This document shows positions 8,999 through 19,795 of a DNA stretch of 30,281 nt, in pieces. Both the position numbers and the translations under genes were made by a program. The stretch is from IMG/VR virus record IMGVR_UViG_3300020044_000285, positions 1 to 30,281 of that record; one strand, 5' to 3'. The notes under the pieces were generated by a model. That model ran no database searches and had not been told where the DNA came from. It worked only from the letters and a program-made list of their open reading frames with translations. The stretch is from a virus (taxonomy: Duplodnaviria; Caudoviricetes). Numbering within the stretch: the first letter of the stretch is position 1; every line of letters starts with the position of its first letter.

Positions 8999-10258
8999 AT
9001 GGCTGGACTATTAGACATTTTTGGTACTAGCGGTGCAGAAACAATGGGTCTGCTTGGTATGTCTCCAGAGGACATTCAGCGTAATCGTGATGATGCACAA
9101 GCACAAGCCTTGTATGCCCTAGCTGGACGCTTGTTCCAAGGTGGAAATACTGGTCAGTCTATTGCTGAAGGTTTGCAAGCTGGTCAGAAAGCATATCGTG
9201 GTGGTATGCAAGAGACATTGCAAACACAACTGCAAAACACTCAACTTCAAGAATTGCTGAAGAAAAAGCAAGATGAGCAACTCGCTAAACAGTTGTTTAT
9301 GCGTGGCTATCAACCAGCTATTGCTGGAATGGAAGCTAAACCAGTTGAGGAAGAAGGTCGTTATTTAGGTGAAACACCTGCTATAGCTGCTCAACCTGCT
9401 CGTTTTGATATTTCTAAAGTAGCACCAGAGTTGATTGCAATGGGTGGTACTGGTCAGGCATACCTTAAAAATGCTCTTGAACTTCAACAAGCAATGGCTG
9501 GTAAAACTCAAGCACTTGCAGAAGGTGCAACTCTTGTTCGTGAAAATCCACTTACAGGAAAGATTGAGACTGTTGCAACTGGCGCACCTAAAAAAGAAGA
9601 CATTGCTGGAGAAGTAAAAGAGGCTCGTCAGATTCTTGGCATTACAACTCCTATTAATGAGATGACTGCTACAGAACGAGCCTTGATTAAGTCTTACATT
9701 GATAGAAAAGAAGAACGAAAAGCACCTAAAGTTGCTGTAGATTTGAAAGACCCAACAGCAGTAGCTAAAGCTCAATTAAGCACAATCAATCAATGGCAAG
9801 GAACATTGAAAGATACTGGTGATGTTGTTGTAGCTAATCGTGCATCTGCTTTCTACGATGCTCTTGAAAAAGCAAAAGCTGGAAATACAAGTGCAGATGG
9901 CGCATTGATTTACAACATTGCTAAAGTGTATGACCAGACTGGTGCTGTTCAACAAGGTGATGTTAATACAATTATTGGAAATCGTTCTATTCCAACAAAC
10001 ATTCAACTTGCTGCTCAAAAGTTGCAAAAAGGTGGAACATTTACACCTAAAGAACGAGATAACTTAGAGGCTATTGTTAAGGGAATCGTTGAAGAGCGAC
10101 AAAAAGCACTAGCACCATCTCTTAAAGTTTATCGTGGACTTAATCAAGACCTTGGTGGTAAATCAGAGGCAATTCTTGACCCATATGAATATGTCAAAAA
10201 GCCTCGTTCATTAAATGATATTCTTGGTGGTAGTACTGGTACACGAGGTGGCTCATAA
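8999..10258 (+). CDS. Probable internal virion / DNA ejection protein 2
   Basis: 419-aa helical ORF starting MAGLLD; synteny with podovirus ejectosome genes. Confidence 0.6.
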   Translation: MAGLLDIFGTSGAETMGLLGMSPEDIQRNRDDAQAQALYALAGRLFQGGNTGQSIAEGLQAGQKAYRGGMQETLQTQLQNTQLQELLKKKQDEQLAKQLFMRGYQPAIAGMEAKPVEEEGRYLGETPAIAAQPARFDISKVAPELIAMGGTGQAYLKNALELQQAMAGKTQALAEGATLVRENPLTGKIETVATGAPKKEDIAGEVKEARQILGITTPINEMTATERALIKSYIDRKEERKAPKVAVDLKDPTAVAKAQLSTINQWQGTLKDTGDVVVANRASAFYDALEKAKAGNTSADGALIYNIAKVYDQTGAVQQGDVNTIIGNRSIPTNIQLAAQKLQKGGTFTPKERDNLEAIVKGIVEERQKALAPSLKVYRGLNQDLGGKSEAILDPYEYVKKPRSLNDILGGSTGTRGGS

Positions 10259-12252
10259 TGGATGAAAATCAAAAAGTTCAAGAAGCATTAGCTTCTGGTT
10301 TTGGTAAGGAAGAAATCCGTTCTTGGTATATTTCTAAAGGATTAGAACTACCATCATCTTTGCAAACAACTCAAGAAGAAACTACTGGCAGAGAATTATC
10401 TAAAGGTACTCGTCTTGCGATGACTGCTTTGCAAGGCCCAACACTTGGCTTTGCTGATGAATTAGCAGGACTTGTTGGTGGTGGTGCTGCTTTGGTTCGT
10501 GGTCAATCTCCATCACAAGGTTATCAACAAGCGCGAGACATTTATCGTGCAGGTGTTGAAAGCTATAAAGAAGAACAACCAATTGGTAGCGCAGTAGCAC
10601 AAGGTGCTGCATCATTGCCATTGGGTATGTTGAACATTGGTAAAACAGTTGCGCCTAATGTTGGCCCTGTCTTGCGTTCTGCTGCATCTGGTCTAGGTTT
10701 TGGAGTTGTGGGTGGTGCTGGAGAAGCTAAAGAACTTGAGGATATTCCACAAGAGGCTGCTACATCTGGTCTTGTAAGTTCTATTCTTGGTGCTGGTACT
10801 GAACTAGGCATGAAAGCTGTTCGTCCTATTAAGCAAGCAATTACAAGTCAAGCAGGGCGAATTATTCCTGAAAGTTTGCGTGAGTATGTAGGTACATCAT
10901 CTGTAGACTTGGCTCGTAGGCGTGTTGCTCAGGCAATGTTGCGTGATGGTGCTACAACAGACCAAGTTACTGCTCGTATGGCAAAACTAGGTGATGATGC
11001 TATTTTGGCAGAAGCATCTGGATATAACACTCGTGACTTGCTAGATACGATGGCGACTCTTACAGGACGCACAAAGAATTGGACTGAAGAACTAATCCGC
11101 AATCGTCAAGCACAACGAGGTGGAAGACTTGCTCAATCAGCAGAGACACAATTGTCTCCAACTGGCGCACGATTGGCAGACTCTGTTGAATCATTGATGA
11201 CAAAGCGTGATGTTGAATCAACTCCTTTGTATGAACAACTAAAAACTGTCAGCATTACTCTTGATGATGACTTGAAGCAGATTCTTGATGCATCTAAAAA
11301 ACTAGGTGCATTTGCTCGTGCTGAGAAAATCTCTACTGGTTTGCGTGAGCCATTCACACTTAAAGATGTGAAAAATGCTAATGAAGTATCAATGCCAGAC
11401 TTAGATAAAGTTAAGCGTGGTCTTGATGACATTATTAGTAGCAAAACAGCAGTAAATGACAGAGGTGAAATTAACGAGTTTGGTCGTTCGGTTGTCAAAT
11501 TGAAGCAAGATTTTTTGAAGCGTCTTGATGAAATGACAATGGATAGCGAAACTGGTAAATCTTTGTATAAAAGCGCACGAGATGCATATGCTGGCCCAAG
11601 CGCATTGATTAGTGCAGCAGAACTAGGACGCACAGTAATCAATAAGCCAGCAGCTACTATTCGCACTCTTGTTAAAGACATGAGTGACTCAGAGTTGGAA
11701 TCATTCCGAGTTGGTGCTTATGAGGGATTGCGTGATTTGGCTGGAACTCAGTCAGGTCAGACTCGTTTGCTCAATATGTGGAAAGAGCCAGCTACACAAG
11801 AGCGTTTAAAAGAAATTTTCCCAAGTGAGCGTGCTTTCCGAGTATTTGCTTCTGATGTGGCAGCAGAGGCTCGTAAGAAAGAGATTCAAACAGTTGGTCG
11901 TGGTTCACAGACTGCTGGTCGTGAAGCTCGAATGGAAGATGTCGGAGTTGAGACATTAAAAGATACAGCTAACATGGCTGCTGCTGCGAAGACAATGGAC
12001 ATTGGTTCTTTAATCAATATGTTGTCAAACAACATGAAAAGAACATCTGTTCCAGAGCCTGTTCGTAATGAGATAGGTAAAATCTTGATGAGCAGAGCAA
12101 CAAGTGGTGATGAGATTCGTTTGTTGCGTAATGCAATGGAAAAAATGAAGCGAGAGCAACAAGTTCAATCATCAACAAGTGGTCTTATTGGTTCACAATT
12201 AACACCAGTAGCAGAGCCGTTTACAGCAGCATTGCGTTCACTTTTGCAATAA
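10258..12252 (+). CDS. Probable internal virion / DNA ejection protein 3
   Basis: 664 aa; '[12 protein letters not shown]', glycine-rich hydrophobic helices, long helical body; synteny. Confidence 0.65.
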   Translation: MDENQKVQEALASGFGKEEIRSWYISKGLELPSSLQTTQEETTGRELSKGTRLAMTALQGPTLGFADELAGLVGGGAALVRGQSPSQGYQQARDIYRAGVESYKEEQPIGSAVAQGAASLPLGMLNIGKTVAPNVGPVLRSAASGLGFGVVGGAGEAKELEDIPQEAATSGLVSSILGAGTELGMKAVRPIKQAITSQAGRIIPESLREYVGTSSVDLARRRVAQAMLRDGATTDQVTARMAKLGDDAILAEASGYNTRDLLDTMATLTGRTKNWTEELIRNRQAQRGGRLAQSAETQLSPTGARLADSVESLMTKRDVESTPLYEQLKTVSITLDDDLKQILDASKKLGAFARAEKISTGLREPFTLKDVKNANEVSMPDLDKVKRGLDDIISSKTAVNDRGEINEFGRSVVKLKQDFLKRLDEMTMDSETGKSLYKSARDAYAGPSALISAAELGRTVINKPAATIRTLVKDMSDSELESFRVGAYEGLRDLAGTQSGQTRLLNMWKEPATQERLKEIFPSERAFRVFASDVAAEARKKEIQTVGRGSQTAGREARMEDVGVETLKDTANMAAAAKTMDIGSLINMLSNNMKRTSVPEPVRNEIGKILMSRATSGDEIRLLRNAMEKMKREQQVQSSTSGLIGSQLTPVAEPFTAALRSLLQ

Positions 12253-12260
12253 GGATTAAC

Positions 12261-14408
12261 ATGGCAAAGACCAAGATTTCAGAATACAGCAGTACCGCTA
12301 ATAACAATACTGACATTAACAGTATTAACTTAGCGGAGGGGATGGCCCCGAGTTTGGTCAACAATGCCATTCGTCAATTGATGGCTCAGTTGAAGAACTT
12401 TCAAGATGGTTCTGCTGGTGACAATGTAACTGTTGGTGGTAACTTGTATGTGACTGGTACAACTACTAACACAGGTGCAATTACTGCTTCTGGTGGTATC
12501 AATGGCAATCTAACATCGTCTTCTGCAACTATTACTGGTGGCACTATCAATGGTGCTGTTATTGGTGGCTCATCTCCACAAGCAATTACAGGAACGAATG
12601 TAACGGCTACTGTCGGCTTTACTGGCCCACTCACAGGCGCAGTAACAGGTAATGTAACTGGTAATGTCACAGGTGCTGTAACAGGTAATGTGACTGGTAA
12701 CTTGACAGGTAATGTCACAGGTAATGTAACGGCTACATCTGGTACTTCAACATTCAACAATGTGACCATCTCTGGTTCATTGGACATGGATTCTGGTACA
12801 TCAGCAACCATTACTGGTCTTGCTAATCCAGTAAACGATTCTGATGCTGCTAACAAGGGTTATGTTGATGCACTAGCCCAAGGTATTGACGCTAAAGCCT
12901 CATGTGTTGTGGCTACAACGGCTAACATCACATTGTCTGGTACACAAACTATTGATGGCATTGCACTATCAGTTGGTGACCGAGTATTGGTTAAAGACCA
13001 ATCTACTGCTTCACAGAATGGTATTTATCTGTGCGCCTCTAGTACATGGACTAGAACAACAGATGCAAACACATGGGATGAGTTGGTTGCTGCCTTTACT
13101 TTTATCGAGAAGGGTACGACACAAGCTAATAATGGCTACATCTCAACAATTACTGCTGGTGGCACTCTAGGAACTACAGCAGTTACATTTGCTCAATTCT
13201 CTGGTGCTGGTCAGATTACTGCTGGCGCAGGTTTGACAAAGAGTGGCAACACTATTGATGTTGGCACAGCGTCTTCTAGCCGTATTGTTGTTAACTCAGA
13301 CAATATCGACTTGGCAGCTTCTGGCGTAACAGCAGGAACATATAAGTCTGTAACTGCTGATGCTTATGGACGCATTACAGCAGGTACTAATCCAACTACA
13401 TTAAGTGGTTTTGGCATTACAGATACTTACACATCTGCTCAGATTGACACGCTGTTTGGCTCAACAACATCTGCTGCAACAAGTGCTGCTGCTGCTGCGA
13501 CTTCAGCATCTAATGCTGCAACAAGCGAAACAAATGCTTCTACATATGCTGGAAATGCATCTTCTAGCGCAACGGCTGCTGCTGCTAGTGCTACAAGTGC
13601 TTCCAACACTTACGATGCTTTTGATGACCGCTACTTAGGTTCTAAGTCAACTGCACCATCTGTTGATAACGATGGCAATGCTTTGCTGACTGGTGCTTTG
13701 TACTGGAATACAGCTACTAATAACTTGTTTGTTTGGACAGGTTCAACATGGTCTAGCGCAACCTTTTCAGCAGGTAGTTTTGTTACTCTGACAGGTACTG
13801 AAACCCTGACAAACAAGACCCTGACAAGTCCAGTATTGACTACTCCTCAATTAGGTACACCTGCAAGTGGCGTTCTAACAAATGCTACAGGTTTGCCTTT
13901 ATCTACTGGTGTAACAGGAACACTTCCAGTTGGAAATGGCGGTTCTGGTGCAACAACTCTGACTGGTATCTTAAAAGGTAATGGAACTTCAGCATTTACT
14001 GCTGTTACAGCACCTACAGGCACTATCGTAGGAACTACAGACACTCAGACTCTAACCAACAAAACCATATCTGCTGGCATATTTACAGACGGCTATACAG
14101 AGGAAACTGTAACTGCTAACACTTCTACAGCTTATACAGTTGACTTGGCTAATGGCTCAGTACAAATTCTTACATTGACTGGTAACTGTACATTTACATT
14201 CCCTACCGCAACAGCAGGTAAAGGTTTTACAATGCTTCTGAAGCAAGATGGTACAGGCTCACGCACAGTAACTTGGCCTAGTTCAGTTAAGTGGCCAGCC
14301 AGCACAGCCCCAACGATTACATCTACTGCCTCTAAAGGTGATAAGTTTGTCTTTGTTGGAGATGGAACTTATTGGTGGGGTTCTAATGCTGGTCAGAACT
14401 ACCTGTAA
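12261..14408 (+). CDS. Tail fibre protein
   Basis: N-terminal anchor ([10 protein letters not shown]...[13 protein letters not shown]), GNVT repeats, 'DAANKGYVD', '[14 protein letters not shown]', '[11 protein letters not shown]', Ser/Ala spacer, TLTNKT repeats. Confidence 0.85.
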   Translation: MAKTKISEYSSTANNNTDINSINLAEGMAPSLVNNAIRQLMAQLKNFQDGSAGDNVTVGGNLYVTGTTTNTGAITASGGINGNLTSSSATITGGTINGAVIGGSSPQAITGTNVTATVGFTGPLTGAVTGNVTGNVTGAVTGNVTGNLTGNVTGNVTATSGTSTFNNVTISGSLDMDSGTSATITGLANPVNDSDAANKGYVDALAQGIDAKASCVVATTANITLSGTQTIDGIALSVGDRVLVKDQSTASQNGIYLCASSTWTRTTDANTWDELVAAFTFIEKGTTQANNGYISTITAGGTLGTTAVTFAQFSGAGQITAGAGLTKSGNTIDVGTASSSRIVVNSDNIDLAASGVTAGTYKSVTADAYGRITAGTNPTTLSGFGITDTYTSAQIDTLFGSTTSAATSAAAAATSASNAATSETNASTYAGNASSSATAAAASATSASNTYDAFDDRYLGSKSTAPSVDNDGNALLTGALYWNTATNNLFVWTGSTWSSATFSAGSFVTLTGTETLTNKTLTSPVLTTPQLGTPASGVLTNATGLPLSTGVTGTLPVGNGGSGATTLTGILKGNGTSAFTAVTAPTGTIVGTTDTQTLTNKTISAGIFTDGYTEETVTANTSTAYTVDLANGSVQILTLTGNCTFTFPTATAGKGFTMLLKQDGTGSRTVTWPSSVKWPASTAPTITSTASKGDKFVFVGDGTYWWGSNAGQNYL
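12628..12732 (+). repeat. Degenerate 12-bp coding tandem repeat (TG[NA][VL])n in the tail fibre
   Basis: Repeated acaggtaatgta/actggtaatgtc units encoding [33 protein letters not shown]. Confidence 0.85.
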
Positions 14409-14418
14409 GGAATAACTA

Positions 14419-16341
14419 ATGTTTAGTTCACAAAACTCTCAAGTTAGTTCATCAGCCAATTACATCGAGGATGTGTTCAGCACATACATCTACACAGGTA
14501 CAGGTGCAAATAGGACAATCACAAACAACATTGACCTTTCAACTAAAGGCGGTCTTACTTGGATTAAGTCTAGAGATTTTGCCGATAACCATAATCTGTT
14601 TGACACAGAAAGAGGTTCTGGGAAATATTTAATTTCAAATGCCACAAATGCTCAAGCAACTGATAACACACGGCTTAGTGCGTTTACAACTTCTGGCTTT
14701 TCATTAGGTACAAATGGTGCTGTTAACGGAGGTGATTTTTTATATTCATCATGGACATTCCGCAAGCAACCAAAGTTCTTTGATGTTGTGACTTTTACGC
14801 AGTCAAGCGCAACTGGATACATCACAGTAAACCACAACCTTGGTTCAACACCTGGTTGCATCATGGTGAAGCGTACAGACGCAAGTGGCGATTGGTACGT
14901 TTATCACAGAAGTTTAGGTACAAGCAAAGTTATATTTTTAAATTACACCGATGCGGCTCAAACGGAAACTGATTTCCCATCAGTTACTTCTACATCATTT
15001 GAATTTACAAATTTTGATGTTGGTGCTCAATACGTTGCCTACCTATTCGCCAATGACGCTGGGGGCTTTGGTCTGACTGGTACAGACAATGTGATTTCGT
15101 GTGGGTCGTTTACTACTGATGGCTCTGGCAATGCAACTGTAAGTCTTGGATATGAAGCCCAATGGGTTTTGATGAAAAAATCTAGTGGTGCTGAAGGTTG
15201 GATGTTATTTGACAATATGAGAGGTTTGCTTGCAACTGTTGGGGCTAATGGTTATTCAAAAAAGTTAGTGCCTAATTTAACCGATGCAGAATCTGATGGT
15301 GACGAATGTCGAGCATCTAGTACAGGGTTTAATGTGGGAGGTGTTGTTGGCGGTGCAACTTATGTTTATGTTGCTATTCGTAGAGGCCCAATGAAAGTGC
15401 CTACGAGTGGGACAAGTGTGTTTAGTCCTATTGCAAGAACAGGAACTGGAAGCGCATCAACAGTAAGCAACGGAATTACAACAGACCTGATTATTTCTCA
15501 CGCAAGAAACGCTGTTTATAGCACTGGTGTATGGGATAGATTAAGAGGTTTTTCAGCTTATTTAGAGACAACTGGAACGGCCACAGAATCTACAAGTTCT
15601 GATTCTGTTACTGCAATGAATAATGCAGCCTATGTCCTTGGCGCAGACTCTGCAACAGACAGAATTAACAGGTCTGGTGATACTTATGCAAACTGGACAT
15701 TTAGTCGCGCACCTAACTTCTTTGATGAGGTTTGCTATACAGGTACGGCAACACAACAAAACATTACTCACAATTTGGGAATTGCACCTCAATTGTTGAT
15801 TGTAAAGCGTAGGTCTGGAACAGGTACAGATTGGGCTACTTATGCACAACCATTAGGTGCTAATTATGATTTGCAACTAAATTCAACTGGTGCTGCAACA
15901 ACAGGCTCACAAGGATATTGGGCAAATACAACTCCAACATCATCTGTGTTTACAGTTCGTGGTACTGGTGGTGGTGTAAACGATGTAAATACTTCTGGTG
16001 GAACTTATGTTGCTTACCTTTTTGCCACTTGTGTTGGTGTTTCCAAAGTAGGCTCATATACAGGAACAGGAACTACAAAGCAAATTGATTGTGGTTTTAC
16101 AGGCGGTGCTAGGTTTGTTCTTATTAAGCGCACAGACTCAACTGGTAACTGGTATATATGGGATACAGCACGAGGAATCGTGTCAGGAAATGACCCTTAT
16201 TTGCTTTTAAACACTACAGACGCTGAAGTAACATCTACTGACTATATTGACCCATATAGTGCAGGGTTTGAGATTAGTTCAACTGCGCCAGCCGCCATCA
16301 ATGCAAATGGTGGAACATTCATCTTTTTAGCAATTGCTTGA
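14419..16341 (+). CDS. Tail-fibre-associated repeat protein (YTG.G repeats, DUF7483-like)
   Basis: Several 'YTGTG...IKR.D....W..(F/W)D..RG...L..N.T.A' units; lies between fibre and chaperone genes. Confidence 0.65.
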   Translation: MFSSQNSQVSSSANYIEDVFSTYIYTGTGANRTITNNIDLSTKGGLTWIKSRDFADNHNLFDTERGSGKYLISNATNAQATDNTRLSAFTTSGFSLGTNGAVNGGDFLYSSWTFRKQPKFFDVVTFTQSSATGYITVNHNLGSTPGCIMVKRTDASGDWYVYHRSLGTSKVIFLNYTDAAQTETDFPSVTSTSFEFTNFDVGAQYVAYLFANDAGGFGLTGTDNVISCGSFTTDGSGNATVSLGYEAQWVLMKKSSGAEGWMLFDNMRGLLATVGANGYSKKLVPNLTDAESDGDECRASSTGFNVGGVVGGATYVYVAIRRGPMKVPTSGTSVFSPIARTGTGSASTVSNGITTDLIISHARNAVYSTGVWDRLRGFSAYLETTGTATESTSSDSVTAMNNAAYVLGADSATDRINRSGDTYANWTFSRAPNFFDEVCYTGTATQQNITHNLGIAPQLLIVKRRSGTGTDWATYAQPLGANYDLQLNSTGAATTGSQGYWANTTPTSSVFTVRGTGGGVNDVNTSGGTYVAYLFATCVGVSKVGSYTGTGTTKQIDCGFTGGARFVLIKRTDSTGNWYIWDTARGIVSGNDPYLLLNTTDAEVTSTDYIDPYSAGFEISSTAPAAINANGGTFIFLAIA

Positions 16342-16351
16342 GGTAATTAAA

Positions 16352-16843
16352 ATGCAAGTAAGAATCAGAGAAACAGGACAAGTAATGTACGAGAGCGAGT
16401 TTCGTGCATTATTTCCAAACACTTCAATGCCACAACAACTATCAGAGGCTCTAATTAATGATTTAGGTGCTGATGTAGTCTTTGAAGGCGCACAAGCAAC
16501 TGGTGGCACTGTTTACCAATACTCTCAAGCCTCTGGTGTTGAGCAAGTAAATGGTAAGTGGTACACGAAGTACATTCTTGGCCCTGTCTTCATTGACCAA
16601 GTTGAAGATGGTGTAACTACTACTGTTGCTGAACAAGAAGCTACTTACAAGGCTCAGAAGGATGCTGAACAGGCTAAATCTGTTCGTGCTGCTCGTGCTG
16701 AAAAGTTAGCTGAATGTGACTGGACACAAGTAGCTGATGCCCCTGTTGACAAAGCTGTATGGGCTACATATCGTCAAGCCTTGCGTGACATTAGCGCACA
16801 AGAAGGCTTCCCTTGGACTATTACTTGGCCTGACGCACCATGA
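16352..16843 (+). CDS. Tail fibre assembly chaperone-like protein
   Basis: C-terminal 'R..R..KL.ECDWTQ..D.P....WATYRQALRDI..Q.GFP....WP..P'. ATG at 16352 with GAGG RBS. Confidence 0.8.
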   Translation: MQVRIRETGQVMYESEFRALFPNTSMPQQLSEALINDLGADVVFEGAQATGGTVYQYSQASGVEQVNGKWYTKYILGPVFIDQVEDGVTTTVAEQEATYKAQKDAEQAKSVRAARAEKLAECDWTQVADAPVDKAVWATYRQALRDISAQEGFPWTITWPDAP

Positions 16844-17052
16844 CAAACGAAGCTATCAGTACAAAGGTAGCTTCAGTAGCTACTTATGGTGGTTCTAGTG
16901 CAGCAGTAATTTTTGGTTTAACAGCCAATGAGTTTGCTGCTGTGTCTGGTGTTGTCATTGCTTTGTGTGGTTTGTTGGTTAACATCTACTTCAAGCATCA
17001 GCACTTGAAAATTGCGAGAGCATCGGCTAAAGCTGATGAACAAGAAAAATGA
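16840..17052 (+). CDS. Holin-like membrane protein
   Basis: 70 aa, hydrophobic helices, 'GLLVNIYFK' followed by a charged tail; first gene of the lysis region. Confidence 0.7.
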   Translation: MTNEAISTKVASVATYGGSSAAVIFGLTANEFAAVSGVVIALCGLLVNIYFKHQHLKIARASAKADEQEK

Positions 17053-17141
17053 TGGAATGGGCTGAGGCAATAATTGCAGCAGCCTTTTTCACTTGTTTTA
17101 TTATTTTTTGCACCATTGTTATCGTATGGTGCTTTCCTTAA
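17049..17141 (+). CDS. 30-aa single-TM peptide (MMEWAEAIIAAAFFTCFIIFCTIVIVWCFP)
   Basis: Read manually; ATGA overlap with the holin stop; one hydrophobic span. Confidence 0.5.
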   Translation: MMEWAEAIIAAAFFTCFIIFCTIVIVWCFP

Positions 17142-17248
17142 TTTTGGCTGTATCTATTGAATACAGGTGTATTAAGTGGACTTGGGTTGGAGATGTTTAC
17201 AACCGAAAAGTCTACTGTATTGAATGGAAAAAGGTTGAGAGAAAATGA
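17126..17248 (+). CDS. 40-aa peptide with hydrophobic N-terminus and Cys-flanked hairpin (MVLSLILAVSIEYRCIKWTWVGDVYNRKVYCIEWKKVERK)
   Basis: Read manually; stop overlaps the next ATG (ATGA at 17245-17248). Confidence 0.55.
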   Translation: MVLSLILAVSIEYRCIKWTWVGDVYNRKVYCIEWKKVERK

Positions 17249-17748
17249 TTGACCCAATGACAGCCCTAGCTGGCATACAGTCAGCAATTAGCATGGTTAA
17301 GAAGGCAAGCAAGGTTGCTAATGACCTTGGCTCTCTTGCGCCTATGATTGGCAAGATGTTTGATGCTAAGAGCGTAGCTACTAAAGCTATGATTGAAGCA
17401 AAGAAATCTGGCAAAGGCTCAAACATGGGTACAGCCTTACAGATTGAAATGGCATTAGAACAAGCCAGAGCATTTGAGGAAGAACTCAAGATGCTGTTTA
17501 TGCAGACTGGCAAGGTTGATGTGTGGAATAAGATTAAGGCTCGTCAAGCAGAGATGGACTTAGCAGATGCAAAAGAACTTAGTGCATTGAAGAAAGCCGA
17601 AAAAGAAGCAAAAGCCAAAGAAGCCGAAATGCAGGAGTGGGCAATTATTATTGGTGGAACATTTTTTGTATTGTTCTTAATAATTGTTGGAATAAATGAA
17701 ATGATGGATTTCTGTCAAACAACACATCGGTGTGGTGGACATAGATGA
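17245..17748 (+). CDS. Coiled-coil protein with C-terminal TM helix
   Basis: 167 aa; MIDPMTALAGIQSAI start; TM 'WAIIIGGTFFVLFLIIVGI'. Confidence 0.8.
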   Translation: MIDPMTALAGIQSAISMVKKASKVANDLGSLAPMIGKMFDAKSVATKAMIEAKKSGKGSNMGTALQIEMALEQARAFEEELKMLFMQTGKVDVWNKIKARQAEMDLADAKELSALKKAEKEAKAKEAEMQEWAIIIGGTFFVLFLIIVGINEMMDFCQTTHRCGGHR

Positions 17749-17894
17749 ATGAGTACCAGAAACAATTTAACTTGTTCTGCAAGATAATGTGTTATGGATG
17801 GGCAGCATGGTGGTTTTTTGGTTTTTTAAAGTTCTTGCCTAACGATTTATCAGACAAGATTGTTAAATTGCTTCTTGGAAAGGTTGGATTGTGA
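17745..17894 (+). CDS. 49-aa aromatic membrane peptide (MNEYQKQFNLFCKIMCYGWAAWWFFGFLKFLP...)
   Basis: Read manually; ATGA/GTGA overlaps with both neighbours. Confidence 0.6.
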   Translation: MNEYQKQFNLFCKIMCYGWAAWWFFGFLKFLPNDLSDKIVKLLLGKVGL

Positions 17895-18067
17895 GAATCT
17901 CCACATATCAAGAAAATGCAAAGATGCTCTGGGAATCTCACAGAGTTATCCATCAGCAAAATATGCAACGATTGGCTGAGTTAAATCGTCAATGTGAACA
18001 GCAACAGAAAGTCCAAGAGATTAAAACTCATTGGGTTAAAGTTAATCAAGTGGATGTGATGGCATGA
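17891..18067 (+). CDS. 58-aa Gln-rich hypothetical protein
   Basis: GTG start overlapping the previous stop; its stop overlaps the ATG at 18064. Confidence 0.55.
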   Translation: MRISTYQENAKMLWESHRVIHQQNMQRLAELNRQCEQQQKVQEIKTHWVKVNQVDVMA

Positions 18068-18273
18068 AGTATCTGCTTATTTTTGTGGCAGTTTTTCTAT
18101 ATGGCTGTGAAGACCGATACAGGTATCCTTGCCAGAATCCTGATAACTTTACTTCTGAGCCTTGTCAGAAGCCTAGATGCTTATTCACTCAAATGTGTCC
18201 CGAATACTTGGTAGCACCAATCTTGGAGAAAAAAGTCAATGAGCCACAACCAGAAAACAAGACCAACAATTGA
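18064..18273 (+). CDS. Small Cys-rich lipoprotein
   Basis: Signal peptide with lipobox LYG-C; four further Cys (PCQNP...PCQKPRC...MCP). Confidence 0.75.
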   Translation: MKYLLIFVAVFLYGCEDRYRYPCQNPDNFTSEPCQKPRCLFTQMCPEYLVAPILEKKVNEPQPENKTNN

Positions 18274-18745
18274 AGAAATTGAAACCTATGTCTGGGGTTT
18301 CGTAGTTGTTGTTGTCACATTGATTCTGTGCTTCATTGTCGTTGCTTTGCTCTACTCAGTTACTTTTGTAACGCAACCAATCAAGAGCATGGCCCCGATT
18401 GACATGGCTTATACCAAAATGCTCAATGACATTGTTTTGCTCATCGTTGGTGGCATAGGTGGTGTTATCGGTAAAAAAGGCGTAGGAACGGCTTTAAACG
18501 CTATCCAAGGCACTCCTACACCACCACCACAGCAGTATGTCCAAGTTCCTGTTTCTCAGTATCAACCACAGACAGTAGCTAGTGTTGCTCAGAACGCTAC
18601 TAGCGGAATGAACTGGATGGGCTTTAAGAATCCAGACCTAGATGAATCTTGGACTCCTCCTCCTCCTCCTAGTACGCCACCAGAGCATTTAGAGGCTGAC
18701 CATGAGCGTGAAGAAATTGCATTAGCTAGAAAAGAGGCTGCATAA
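18239..18745 (+). CDS. Two-TM inner-membrane protein with Pro-rich tail
   Basis: TM1 'VWGFVVVVVTLILCFIVVALLYSV', TM2 'IVLLIVGGIGGVIG'. Confidence 0.75.
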   Translation: MSHNQKTRPTIEEIETYVWGFVVVVVTLILCFIVVALLYSVTFVTQPIKSMAPIDMAYTKMLNDIVLLIVGGIGGVIGKKGVGTALNAIQGTPTPPPQQYVQVPVSQYQPQTVASVAQNATSGMNWMGFKNPDLDESWTPPPPPSTPPEHLEADHEREEIALARKEAA

Positions 18746-19209
18746 TGTTTGGCATACCACTACCTTGGATACTGATAGGCTTATCAATAGCTTTATTTGG
18801 TACATATCGTGGTGGATACCATTTTGGTTGGTCAGACCGAGATGCTGAGATGCAGATAGCCATTGCTAAGAAGAATGAGGAAGCCAGAGCATTAGAAAGA
18901 AATATGACTTCTAAACTGGCTGACCAAGAAACTCAATTGAGAAAGGCACAAGATGACATTGCTAAAAAACAGTCTGCTATGCATGAACTTGCTCGTACTG
19001 GCAGGATGCGCCTCCCAACCGCCAGTTGTCCACAAGCCAGCACAAATGCCTCCACTCCCACAGGAAATAGCACCGATGCAACCGATATTGAGCGACAAAC
19101 TATTGAAGCTCTTATCGACATCGCAGCAGAAGGAGACAAAGCAATTACCAAGCTCAACTCCTGCATCACAGCTTACAACGAAGTAAGGAATCTAGTAAAT
19201 GGTCAATAG
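18745..19209 (+). CDS. Rz-like inner-membrane spanin
   Basis: N-terminal TM, periplasmic coiled coil, C-terminal 'EGD.AI..LN.C'; carries a nested lipoprotein ORF. Confidence 0.8.
   Translation: MFGIPLPWILIGLSIALFGTYRGGYHFGWSDRDAEMQIAIAKKNEEARALERNMTSKLADQETQLRKAQDDIAKKQSAMHELARTGRMRLPTASCPQASTNASTPTGNSTDATDIERQTIEALIDIAAEGDKAITKLNSCITAYNEVRNLVNGQ
18953..19186 (+). CDS. Rz1-like outer-membrane spanin lipoprotein (nested, +1 frame)
   Basis: Lipobox LAG-C and Pro-rich mature part (QPPVVHKPAQMPPLP), wholly embedded in the Rz-like gene. Confidence 0.75.
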   Translation: MTLLKNSLLCMNLLVLAGCASQPPVVHKPAQMPPLPQEIAPMQPILSDKLLKLLSTSQQKETKQLPSSTPASQLTTK

Positions 19210-19795
19210 TGAACAACTAAAAAAGATGCACATTGGTGAGCAATGGGTTGACGCATTGAATGAGACTTTTCAGCGTTTTAATATCCTGTCGCCTATCCAA
19301 CAAGCATCATTCATTGGTCAATGTGGACATGAATGTGGTCAGTTTAAAATCTTGGAAGAAAACCTAAATTACAAGGCTGAGACTTTGATGAAGTTATGGA
19401 AGTCTAGGTTTCCAACTATAGAAGTTGCAAACGAATATGCTAGAAATCCTAAGAAAATTGCTAATAAAGTTTACGCTTCAAGAATGGGAAACAGAGATGA
19501 GGCATCGGGAGATGGTTACAGATTTCGTGGTCGTGGCTGTATCCAGCTTACTGGTCACGCTAACTATTTTCATGCTGGACAGGCTTGTGGTGAAGATTTT
19601 GTAATGCAACCAGACTTAGTTGCTACACCCAAGTATGCTGCAATGACTGCTGGATGGTTCTGGTCAACTCACAAGCTAAATCAGTATGCTGATACTCGTG
19701 ACTTTGTGATGATGACTAAGAAAATCAATGGAGGCATCATTGGTCTGGATGACAGAATCAAACATATCAATCATGCCTTGGACATACTAAGCTGA
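19199..19795 (+). CDS. Endolysin, glycoside hydrolase family 19
   Basis: 'A.FIGQCGHEC', 'EENLNY', 'GDGYRFRGRG.IQLTG..NY', 'TKKINGG..GL.DR'. Confidence 0.93.
   Translation: MVNSEQLKKMHIGEQWVDALNETFQRFNILSPIQQASFIGQCGHECGQFKILEENLNYKAETLMKLWKSRFPTIEVANEYARNPKKIANKVYASRMGNRDEASGDGYRFRGRGCIQLTGHANYFHAGQACGEDFVMQPDLVATPKYAAMTAGWFWSTHKLNQYADTRDFVMMTKKINGGIIGLDDRIKHINHALDILS

Noticed and set aside
12628-12732. Tandem repeat as possible CRISPR or VNTR element
   Set aside because: In-frame degenerate 12-mers without spacers; explained by the tail-fibre GNVT peptide repeat.
14419-16341. Diversity-generating retroelement target in the repeat-rich fibre-associated gene
   Set aside because: Repeats are visible only at protein level; no reverse transcriptase or TR/VR pair seen.
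267-16509. Many minus-strand ORFs over the structural genes (e.g. 267-713, 11133-11681, 12401-12856)
   Set aside because: Antisense shadows of well-supported plus-strand genes; no RBS or recognisable motifs.
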